Source of the DNA: Paraspadella gotoi
Lineage: Eukaryota; Animalia; Chaetognatha
Assembly: GCA_051294375.1 (NCBI GenBank)
Contig: JBJCIZ010000950.1
Coordinates: 1 to 8,332 of the forward strand
Direction: 5' to 3'
Length of the DNA: 8,332 nucleotides
Part shown: one piece after another, positions 1 through 7,794 of the stretch
How the letters are laid out: each line of letters starts with the position of its first letter
Numbering within the stretch: the stretch's first letter is position 1
Program-made: the position numbers and the translations under genes
Notes under the pieces: model-generated
Databases searched by the model: none
Seen by the model: only the letters and a program-made list of their open reading frames with translations
Told to the model about the DNA's origin: nothing

Positions 1-225
1 AATCTGTGGATAAGGCGCTAAGTGGGCTGAAGATGACTATTCTTTAACCCCATCTAGCAGCTATGGAACGGGTCCTGGGGTTGGAACCAGGCTTGAGGGT
101 TTTCCACACCCCCAAGGCAGCTTACGGCCGTCCTCACACTTCCCGCAGGGTAGGTACCGGGTTGGGATTGAACCCGGTACCTAGTGGTCATGAGCTGATG
201 GCTTTACTCAATGAGCCACCGGGTC
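1..225 (-). mobile_element. tRNA-derived SINE (Pol III A and B boxes), 3' part runs off the window edge
   Basis: Minus strand reads GACCCGGTGGCTCATTGAGTAAAGCCATCAGCTCATGACCACTAGGTACCGGGTTCAATCCC. It has an A box TGGCTCATTGAG (218-207) and a B box GGTTCAATCCC (174-164) at tRNA-like spacing. Anticodon and acceptor stems do not pair properly, and a GC-rich non-tRNA body follows. Confidence 0.75.
151..183. repeat. Perfect 13-bp inverted repeat (hairpin) overlapping the SINE B box
   Basis: TAGGTACCGGGTT (151-163), loop GGGATTG (164-170), AACCCGGTACCTA (171-183). Confidence 0.9.
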
Positions 226-244
226 ACGACTGAAGGTGTCATGC

Positions 245-625
245 TTAGAGGCGGGGTGAACTTTGCTATGCCCGACTACAAATCGCCCAATCCACTCATG
301 AATAATTGGTCTTCAAATAGTGAAATATATTTTTTTGTTTTTTCCATTTAAACTCATTTCCACTCGGACGATTCAATCGAAACTTCATATCCAGCTCAAT
401 CACATACTTCCCTACCCACACTCAAAATTTCATTCCAATCCATCCATCCAATCACGAGTAATTGGCGTTTTTTGCTAAGGTGGGACGGACGGACGGATGG
501 ACAGACGGACATCGTTTATTTGAATATATTATCATAATTCGATGTTCTGACATGATATAAGTGAATGCCCAACAAGATTTAGGGGGCGGACTGACAAAGT
601 GAATTATAGAGTAGAGTAGAGACTA
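245..625. mobile_element. DINE-1/HINE-like (Helentron-associated) non-autonomous element; boundaries approximate
   Basis: CCCGACTACAAATCGCCC (271-288) resembles the DINE-1 terminal motif CCCGACTATCAGATACCC, recalled from memory. There is an internal AAAATTTCATTCCAATCC block and the characteristic GACG/GACA microsatellite ending GACAGACGGACAT (483-512). Confidence 0.55.
483..511 (+). repeat. (GGAC/AGAC)n tetranucleotide microsatellite inside the DINE-1-like element
   Basis: ggacggacggacggatggacagacggaca. Confidence 0.9.
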
Positions 626-828
626 AAAACTTGGCACAATGCGCAACATAAGATCATATTTTAAGAATTTAATTGCACTGAATTATATTAAAGTCGTAAC
701 TATTCGAATATGGAAGAGATATTGTTAACCGAGAGTATACATAAGTTTTACTTAGATTAAATACGATAATAAAAGCGACTGGAAACCATGTAATTAATCG
801 ATCACAACCGGTGGATTCCACCAAAAAT

Positions 829-1474
829 CTATAGCGTTGCGAGAATTCTCGACATGGAAACAGCAATCTAAAGTCCAGTTTGACCAACGCCAAAACACAT
901 TGCCTTAATGGACATCTTCCATCTTGCGGCGGTAAAAACGACAGCAATGACGGCGCATGTACAGGAACCGCCTGTTGAAAAAAATTACCCATAACAGAAA
1001 GTGTGAAAAAAAGTTAAAATGAGTCACGGAAGAACCAACCTGTTAGTGGTGAAATCACACCCCATGATGACCAGTACCATGATAAAAACGACCATACTTG
1101 TGTTGAAGCTTAACAGGTGACTATAAGCGCCGTTTAGAGTAAAAACAACGATTGAGCTGAATAAGCTCCATATGAAAATGTAAAACCTAATGAACAGAAC
1201 CAAAATGTTTCACGCAAACATGAAGTCGGATAAAAACACAATAATTAAAACAATACCATATTTCTCATTCCGTTAAACTGATGGAGATGCCACCGTTCTC
1301 CCCCATGACGGCATCATACTTTTCTCTCCACATTAGCTACAAATCGAGAGAGAGGTAGATGATATTTTGTTCTTTACTTAAGTGATAAGTAAACAAAAAT
1401 ATATTTCGAGATAATGTTCCTTTGTCGACAAAATGCTATTGGTTATTATTAAACATACCTGAACATCTTCCCAT
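829..1474 (-). CDS. TMEM170: TMEM170-family transmembrane protein, 4 exons (1474-1459, 1336-1257, 1186-1040, 971-829), disrupted by indels and stops in this sequence (read errors or pseudogene)
   Basis: GT-AG introns at 1337-1458, 1187-1256 and 972-1039. Cross-frame translation gives EIWFYIFIWSLFSS...QHKYGRFY...VIMGVISPLTGGSCTCAVIAVVFTAARWKMS...FGVGQTGL*IAVSMSRILATL-stop. This matches the recalled TMEM170A motifs EMWYGVFLWALVSS, HHKYGRF, MGIVGPITAG and GTGQT...RILATL. The terminal TAG at 829-831 follows RILATL exactly. Confidence 0.88.
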
Positions 1475-1691
1475 CTTCACGAAGTAAAAATTTTGTGATA
1501 AGTGTTTCATTTCGCTGTTGGCGCCGATTTCATAATATTCTTAGCCTGACAATAGTCATACGCGAAGTAGGAATCTAAAATTCAATTCAAATTTGGTGTA
1601 GGTACCTACAAATTCTAGAAATAATTCAGATTTGTATATCAAGCTTCGCAAACTGTGAAAATTACTGGTAGAGATTTAAAAAAAAATTTAG

Positions 1692-3806
1692 TCAACTGGT
1701 TCCATTTGAGTAAGGACATTCAGGTACGAAATTGTCATCAAATTCGCCGTTTCGATTCTTGGATGCCTTTAATTCTTACGCAAGTCTACGTATCGAACGG
1801 TTCGATCTGGATGTTTGTATCTGTAGTGTTTCTTGACGTTTCCCGGAAGGGGAGTACGAGTGAAGAGCAATAGGCGCATTTGAAAGGTTTTTTGATTCTG
1901 ACTTCGTCGTCTTCTGCTTCGCCCGTTTTTCCCAATGTGATGAATCTTCAACAAATGATAATTTCATTCGGCATTGGTTCGAAAGACGATCCGCACTTGA
2001 ACGCAGGCTCGAACCTGAGAGTCCTGGTGAACTCTTTTTCAACGTTGAATCTTCATCCCGTCTTTTTGGTAGCAAAGGTTTCTCGCATACCGCGCACTTG
2101 AACTCAACGACTGAAGGTGAAAACCGTCTTTTCGTGCAGAGTCACAATTCTTTTCAAGGGCTTTTGTAATCACAGCTTTGACATGCAAAATCTTGAATTC
2201 TTCTAACAGGATTCCGTGGCGTCGAAACAATGATGAGCGAAGCTTTTTTTTGTTGACACCTCAAAAATTAACAATGAGCGCATTTTAATCAAATCTTTTT
2301 TTTTCGGAAGTGACATATTTTCTTAATGCGTTCTTAGAATATGGCATTCGGAAACACCTTTTCGCAGAATTCCGCAAGGATGCCTTTCCTTGCCTGGTGT
2401 GCTTTACTAAGTTGTGGTGCCTGAGATTTCTTTCAATAAGACGACGTTACAACTTTTCGCAGGCAACTTTCACGCGTTTGATGGGATCTTTACGTTTACT
2501 TATTGTGTTGCGCTTGCGCGAGTGAAGCATTCAAAAGCAACACGCTGAAAAACACTGAAATAGGCATACAAAAATGGTCATGGTGAATTCACTTTATGTT
2601 TTACTTTGCTAAAGCAGAACATCACCTGGAGTTGCAGCCGTCCACGGGACAGGATGATGAAAAGAAATTTGGAGGATATTGCTCTTGTATGAGCCTGTAC
2701 TGTAAGAACGATGCTTGGTCCGAGCATTTAGTGATACAAAAGATGTCTTGTTGACGCTTTTCTGTAGACTTGGAGCAGAAGAAACTCAACAGTACTGCAA
2801 TACTATCGCAATGGTGGGTTGTCGACATGTGCCTTCACTCAGAAACTGGATCAAACGGGATTTGTATTTCTGCAAGTATATTTCTTCAAGGATCTGGCTG
2901 GAATAATTCGGAATGTATAAAGTATTGGTTGTGCGAATTTCTAGAGCGCTTCTGTTCTTGACGACGCTCCATCCGCAATTTCTCGCATGTACGTGGCAGT
3001 GTCTCGTGTTATAATCTAATCGTTTCTTTTAACTTACCGTCTTTTGTGCGGAAATTTTGGTCTCTTTCACATTCTTTTGTTCAATATGGAAACAAGAGAT
3101 TGGTCGACAGCAGATCTTGGAAAAACTTTTTCTAACTCGTTCTTGCCAACTTCCAACGGTTTTTAACCTAGCCGATTGCGGTCTGAGTATGTGAAATCTT
3201 CATGACGATTTGTGGTTCAGTATCGCGATAATCTTCCATTAAACACGATTTTATGGATTTTAGTCTTCGGACAATCGAAGTTTTTCTGCGTCGCCAGAAC
3301 CTCTACCCTCACGGAGTCGCTCTTCGCAATCCAAAGTGGCAGCGAATTGAAGATCAATCATCAACTATGGTAAATCCTCTTTGGGTCCTCTAACTCTTTC
3401 GGCTTGGTTTTTCCAATTGGTCGAGCTACACTGCGCTCGAGAGATATACCTCTAAATTAACTAATTCCATAGAACATTGCGAGGCATCAAGCCATCATTT
3501 TGTAGAAATGTGAGATGTTGTGAGCATCGCCAGGACGCTTTGAATTATCCGAAGGTGGCCGTACATCCAGGAGACGGAGAAACGACAGAACGTTACCGTG
3601 TTGAGAAATTTTTTTTTAGTTGCAGATCAACATTGTTTGTTCAAACTGTTTAGGCGCTGCGAGTCGGGAGCAACTTTATAAGTCACTCTTTTGGTCGGTT
3701 TGAACTCGGTCAGGTCCAACCTATGTTAAAAAATGCATATACTTTGTCGTATACTTTGCTCTTTTGTTCAGAAAAAATCCTTCAATCTACTGGGCCTAGC
3801 GCACAT
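1692..3806 (-). CDS. Multi-C2H2 zinc-finger protein (about 12 fingers) with ZAD-like N-terminal region; heavily frameshifted in this sequence; start position approximate
   Basis: Fingers reconstructed across frames include KVACEKCNVVLLKxNLRHHNLVKH (~2470-2399), KCAHCNFEVSTKKSFAHHLFRRH (~2286-2216), FACQSCDYKSP..LHEKTVH, FKCAVCEKPFATKDGMKIHVERVH (~2103-2027), RACVQCGSSF..YHLLKIHH and FKCAYCSSSYSLPGNVKKHYRYKH (~1885-1811). The C-terminus reads ...FDDNFVPECPYSNGTS, TGA at 1692-1694. The N-terminus reads NVLSFLRLLDVRPP...CxQCSMELV (~3590-3460). Candidate ATG at 3806. Confidence 0.85.
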
Positions 3807-3820
3807 CCTTTCAGAAAATC

Positions 3821-3892
3821 CTTAAAACAAAAAAGAAAAAAAGTATGTCATGTCACGACAAATACACATGGCGCAAACATTTGAATTTTTAC
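3821..3892 (-). other. Probable 5'-UTR intron (72 bp) of the zinc-finger gene
   Basis: Donor G|GTAAAA at 3892, then a long polypyrimidine tract TTTTTTTCTTTTTTGTTTTAAG ending at acceptor 3821. The ATG begins at 3806, after 14 nt of exon. Confidence 0.65.
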
Positions 3893-4018
3893 CGTTCTTG
3901 TTCGTTTGTAATTGAAAAAAAACATTGCTCTCTTCGTTTCTATTCGTGCAAAAAAAAAAAACAAGAGGATTACATATGCTAAGAAACCGCCTCAAAACAA
4001 ATGCAATGACTCTTTAAG
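3893..4018. promoter_or_regulatory. Putative very short bidirectional promoter / 5'-UTR region between divergent genes
   Basis: Positional evidence only: it lies between the minus-strand ZNF first exon and the plus-strand ATG at 4019, and contains poly(A) tracts. No specific core-promoter motif was recognised. Confidence 0.4.
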
Positions 4019-4470
4019 ATGGATAATTCACCGTCAATGAACAAGGAAGAAAAATATCCTGTTTTTCTTCGTATTTCTGAATGTGTTTGGCAAAAATAAG
4101 AATGAGGACCGCAGCGAAGAGACGACGCCCGAGTGGTACACAAGAAGATACTTGGGCGAGCTCCGCTGCTGCTGCTGCCAGTCGGCCGTTTGTGGCATAA
4201 TCGGTCGAAGAGGCCGCGAGCGTACGTCGCAGAACATGGCGTTATATCGGAAGAACGAAGAGCACTTCGAGACCATGGGGATGGAGGAAGGAAGCTCCGA
4301 GCCTCTCCATAACAGAGATCCTCCAACCTTTTGGTACGTAATGAAATAACGGATTGTACTTATAAATAAATAAAATATATGTACTTATTTTAGAAAATTT
4401 GAAAAAGAGAGAAGTAAAAAACTTCAGACTCTATAAGATTTATATTGTCGAATGCTATGGGATGGCTTGA
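4019..4470 (+). CDS. Small spliced protein with Cys-rich ZAD-like region and no zinc fingers seen (exons ~4019-4333 and 4394-4470)
   Basis: Removing one A from the run at 4050-4054 joins MDNSPSMNKEE to NILFFFVFLNVFGKNKNEDRSEETTPEWY...ELRCCCCQSAVCGII (ORF 4083-4349). A GTACGT...TTATTTTAG intron lies at 4334-4393 (60 bp). Exon 2 reads NLKKREVKNFRLYKIYIVECYGMA* with one further indel assumed. The domain call is pattern-based only. Confidence 0.5.
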
Positions 4471-4595
4471 AAACTGGCTTGAAAGTATTAGGTATGACAA
4501 TAGGAGTGAATTTTAATAAATACTTATACATATTCGACTCATAACTGCTTTTGATGCTTCAAAAATAATAAAGCCCTTCTTAATAGAATTGAATA

Positions 4596-4782
4596 CGGGT
4601 TAATTTTTACTTTTCGCCCGACCGTGGTTAAGGGGGGTTTAGGTTAGGGTGGTTACGGTAACCAGTAGGGTTAGGGGTAATTACGCGTAATATTTTTTTT
4701 AAATTAAAAAGAAAAAAGTATTTTAAAAAGGTTTTTCAAAAGAAGCCAAAACCCTCGCTCGTCGAAAGTAAAATTCTACCTG
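4596..4782 (+). mobile_element. MITE-like element (~187 bp) with imperfect TIRs and internal telomere-like TTAGG(G) motifs, copy 1
   Basis: Left end CGGGTTAATTTTTACTTTTCG (4596-4616) matches the right end CGAAAGTAAAATTCTACCTG (4763-4782; reverse complement CAGGTAGAATTTTACTTTCG). The interior contains GGTTAAGGGGGGTTTAGGTTAGGGT...AGGGTTAGGGG. No clear target-site duplication. Confidence 0.6.
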
Positions 4783-4902
4783 ACAAAACTTTATTTTGAA
4801 ACAATTCTCGGCCTTTCTAAATCACTGATAACAAAATGCAAAACATTGTATACAAATTATGCTTTTTCAATCAGAGAGATTCAATAACTCATAATCTTAA
4901 TT

Positions 4903-5094
4903 CGGGGCTTAATTTTTCTTTTCGCGACCGGGGTTATGGCGACTTTTGAAAACCATTTAACACAATACTTATTTTTTTTTAATTTAAAAAAAAATATTAC
5001 CTATTTACCCTGAACCTAACCACACCGGACTCAAACGACACCTAAATCGCCCTTAACCACTAACCCCTCCCTTAACTCCCTAACCCTTTTAACC
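4903..5094 (-). mobile_element. Inverted second copy of the MITE-like element, ending in extra degenerate CCCTAA-like units instead of a second TIR
   Basis: 4903-5060 aligns to the reverse complement of 4624-4782. For example TTTTTAATTTAAAAAAAAATATTAC pairs with GTAATATTTTTTTTAAATTAAAAA, and ACCTAAATCGCCCTTAACCAC pairs with GTGGTTAAGGGGGGTTTAGGT. 5061-5094 is TAACCCCTCCCTTAACTCCCTAACCCTTTTAACC. Confidence 0.65.
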
Positions 5095-5394
5095 AATAAA
5101 ATTTGCTTAAAATTAACGTTGGCAATGACAATCGCATAATATTCGTTGGTCAATCACTTTCACCAAAATTAAACTAAAAACTTAAGTAGCCGAATTAGTT
5201 CATAAAAAACGTTCAGTAAAAAAGCGTAAATAAATTGTTCTTATATAGTATTTATAATATTTGCTTTGAAGCGCTCTGTAAGTTATGGCCGGAACTATAC
5301 TACATCCGATCTACCGATTCGAGTCAAAATCTTCTCCTTTCACGTCACTATCCAAAGGCTAAGAAAATAAAGAGAAAAGAATTGTCTAAAATCC

Positions 5395-6400
5395 TCACGG
5401 CCAGTCGTTCACTCTTTCGACTGTCGCGAGATTCAGTTTTTTAATCCCCAACGCGGTTTCTAATCTTCCTGAAGGCAGAACAAATCTCCACTTGCAAGTG
5501 GCCAAACGCCTCGACGGCGAGATCGAGCAGAAGATCGAAAAATTCTGTGCGACGTCTTGAGCGACTGCGGCACCAAATCCCGAAGCCAGCGAATCGCGGT
5601 CGTTGACGATCGATTCGGCGAGGAGGCATCCGCGCGGACTTCGGGCTCTTGCCTTTGGTCGCCATTGCTCTGCAGCTCCATGGGCTCCGTCGCCGAGACG
5701 CGTAAGATCGCTGGACGGCCCTTGCCGAGATTTTCGATACGTGTCGTCGCGTTTCTTCCATCCGTCGATGAGAAGGGTCGGAGTCTGAGACTCGACGGGA
5801 CCGGCGCCGCTTCCTCGACGCACTCGGTCCGGGGCGTCCCGGCATCCTCGACCGAGTTGCGCCGGCATGAGAGCGAAGGGCGGACGAGTCCGACTCGTTC
5901 CGCCGCCGGCGACGCGGAGCGCACGACACGTCCATGGATTTATCGCCTAAAGCGGCTGGGACCGACGGCTGCGCGATTCCTCCCCATGTTGTATGCGACT
6001 CTGCTGAGTTGATTGACCCGGTGGACCTCGGACTCTTTCGCCTCCATCGGCGCGGATTCTTACCTCCAATTCCAAATCGTGAGTTTTTCGAAAAATTCTC
6101 ACACCACCAAAGATCCAAGCGAGACAAGAGTTCCTCCATGCACATGGTCCTCGGGATTCATATACTCGCATCTAGATATATCGAAGAAACAGATTACTTA
6201 TTCTATTACTTGAATCGGCCGGTTCAGTCTACTCGCATGGGCCCCATTGATGAGCCTACAGGTTTGTAGTAAAAACGTGCATCGATTTCTGGCTCATTTG
6301 AGCAGCAACCGACGATTCCACGACAAGTTTTTAAATTGAAGCGAGAAAATGTATTAGCGTACATTCGCATCGTTCATATGGCTTATAGAAAACTTTACTA
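5395..6400 (-). CDS. Uncharacterised protein region with GC-rich Ser/Pro/Arg/Glu low-complexity segment; may be the 3' part of the 6630-7794 gene; frameshifted
   Basis: Three long overlapping minus-strand ORFs (5441-6145, 5460-5924, 5395-5868), each with protein-like pieces: VRIFRKTHDLELEVRIRA (ORF 5947-6171), EPMELQSNGDQRQEPEVRADASSP, and FFDLLLDLAVEAFGHLQVEICSAFRKIR. The stop lies at 5441 or 5395. The true frame cannot be resolved by eye. Confidence 0.45.
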
Positions 6401-6629
6401 CGTACATTTACTCTTCGAATATTCAATATATTTTCTTCTCTTTCACTGACACAATTTTTTTTTATATCTTTTCAATTCGCTAGAACGTATAAGATATAAA
6501 TATAATAAAATTTCCACCGAAAATAGACTTTTTTAAAACAGAATACGCGACATTAAGTGAATTTTCCATATATCCAGAAAAGGGAGAAAATCATTTAGAA
6601 AGAACTAAACTTTAAAATCTTTAAAAACT

Positions 6630-7794
6630 AAATTAGAGCCCCTTTGACATAAAAGCCATAACTTCTGCATTAATGTCACAAATATTGTGACTAAGAACAG
6701 TCGTAGGACGAGAAGGAACAAAAACAAAACATTTGTGATGCACAGAGACAGTGGCAGCGAGGGTTTTTTGGTCAGTCAGAGAGTTTGGACTGACCAACTT
6801 TCATCCAACAATTCGATGGCGACGGAAATAAACAACTGAACATCGTTGGCCCATTATTACTGTAAAACCAATACCAGAGTGCATTAATACTGATACTACT
6901 AGTACTAATGGAAATGCCAAATCCAAATAGATAATTTATTAATTGTATGCGGTTCAAAAGGCTGCGTCCAAAGACTTTCCGTAATTCTGAAATTCGAAGA
7001 GTCTATTGTCAAATCGTGTTCAATTCAGAATTGTGATGAAAACGACGACAAAATTTCGCGCTTCAGATCCAATGCTATCGATACGAGCTAAAAAGCGTTG
7101 GTTTTCTTAGTCACGATTCTTTTTACAAAATTTTTTTCCCATCGAATAACTGACAAGGACTAAATTTTGTCACTTTTTAATAATAAATACGACGCAATCA
7201 CATTGACACCGACTATAAATTAAACGGTGAAAAATTGGGGTGGCCGTCGAGCATTGAGTTCAACTTGGAAGTTTGATTGTAAACGTTGTAACCACTTTAT
7301 AAAGAGGTTGGTCGGGGATTCGACGAAGAGTCATTGGCCGCATTAGTCGTGGATGGACTGGGTTTCGCTCCTGGAAGATCATCAAAAAACTCGAAAAAGT
7401 TTCCCTTTTTAGAGATGTAACTCGTGTTATTGCTTTTTAACCTGGGGTCGAAGTATTTTCGGCGGCCGTAGGTGTTTCATCAATCCCAAGTCCATCGGCG
7501 GAGGTGGTTCCAATTAATATATAGCCTGGAATTTAATTAAAAGTTTGAATTGCCGATTGATTAGTTTTCCTCTTAACTTACCTGTAACCGAACTGATGAT
7601 ACCAGGGAGTTGGTTGTGAATAAGCATATAGTAAATGGAACCCACATTGGAAATAGCTAAAAATAAAAAACCAGAGACCATACATTTTTAATTTATTTAC
7701 GTCAAATACAGTACATTGTACATTTACCTTAGACCAATACAGTCGAATTACATCTTGTAACCCTCCATTCAGCTAAAAAATGGATATTTACCAT
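6630..7794 (-). CDS. Uncharacterised spliced gene with weak MATH/TRAF-like motifs; frameshifted
   Basis: Canonical introns at 7657-7727 (AAG|GTAAAT...TTTTTAG) and 7526-7581 (CAG|GTAAGT...TTCCAG), plus an upstream acceptor at 7804. Cross-frame pieces are PDQPLYKVVTTFTIKLP, QLFDGKKFC, RFLARIDSIGSEARNFVVVFITIL, RFDNRLFEF, HSGIGFTVIMG and DVQLFISVAIELL. Candidate ATGs are at 7794 and 7647. Confidence 0.5.
6768..6797. repeat. Perfect 10-bp inverted repeat with 10-nt loop
   Basis: TTGGTCAGTC (6768-6777) ... GACTGACCAA (6788-6797). Confidence 0.85.

Noticed and set aside
25-60. Hammerhead ribozyme core (CTGAAGA)
   Set aside because: No properly placed GAAA or stems I-III were found in the window.
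150-225. Functional tRNA gene
   Set aside because: A and B boxes are present but the anticodon and acceptor stems do not pair and there is no oligo-T terminator. It continues into a SINE-like body.
669-992. 107-aa ORF from the track
   Set aside because: It starts inside an intron and is the wrong frame. The TMEM170-matching frame is different and ends at 829.
829-1780. Alternative genetic code with reassigned stop codons (in-frame TGA 1265-1267, TAG 868-870, TAA near 1776)
   Set aside because: The internal stops occur together with many frameshifts. TAG is also the true terminator right after the conserved RILATL. Indels and substitutions explain the pattern more simply.
2261-2315. Intron within the ZNF gene (T/A-rich stretch)
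   Set aside because: It translates across indels as a finger linker and KCAHCNFEV, so it is coding.
1655-2961. Short plus-strand ORFs (1655-1873, 1880-2101, 2310-2525, 2715-2906, 2770-2961)
   Set aside because: They are antisense shadows of the minus-strand zinc-finger gene.
3979-4326. 115-aa and 80-aa minus-strand ORFs
   Set aside because: Splice signals and protein-like composition favour the plus strand, and no motifs were recognised.
4463-4484. Short direct repeat TGGCTTGAAA x2 (similarly TATACTTTG x2 at 3738-3758)
   Set aside because: Only two copies, compatible with local slippage or read error. Not CRISPR-like, and no element lies between them.
4624-5094. True telomere or chromosome-fusion site
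   Set aside because: The repeats are few, degenerate and embedded in a TIR-bounded unit flanked by genes on both sides.
5557-6269. Plus-strand ORFs of 151 aa and 111 aa
   Set aside because: Expected by chance in GC-rich, stop-poor sequence. Protein-like segments and gene context favour the minus strand.
7076-7083. DRE promoter element TATCGATA
   Set aside because: It lies inside a probable coding exon (ARIDS), far from any predicted TSS.
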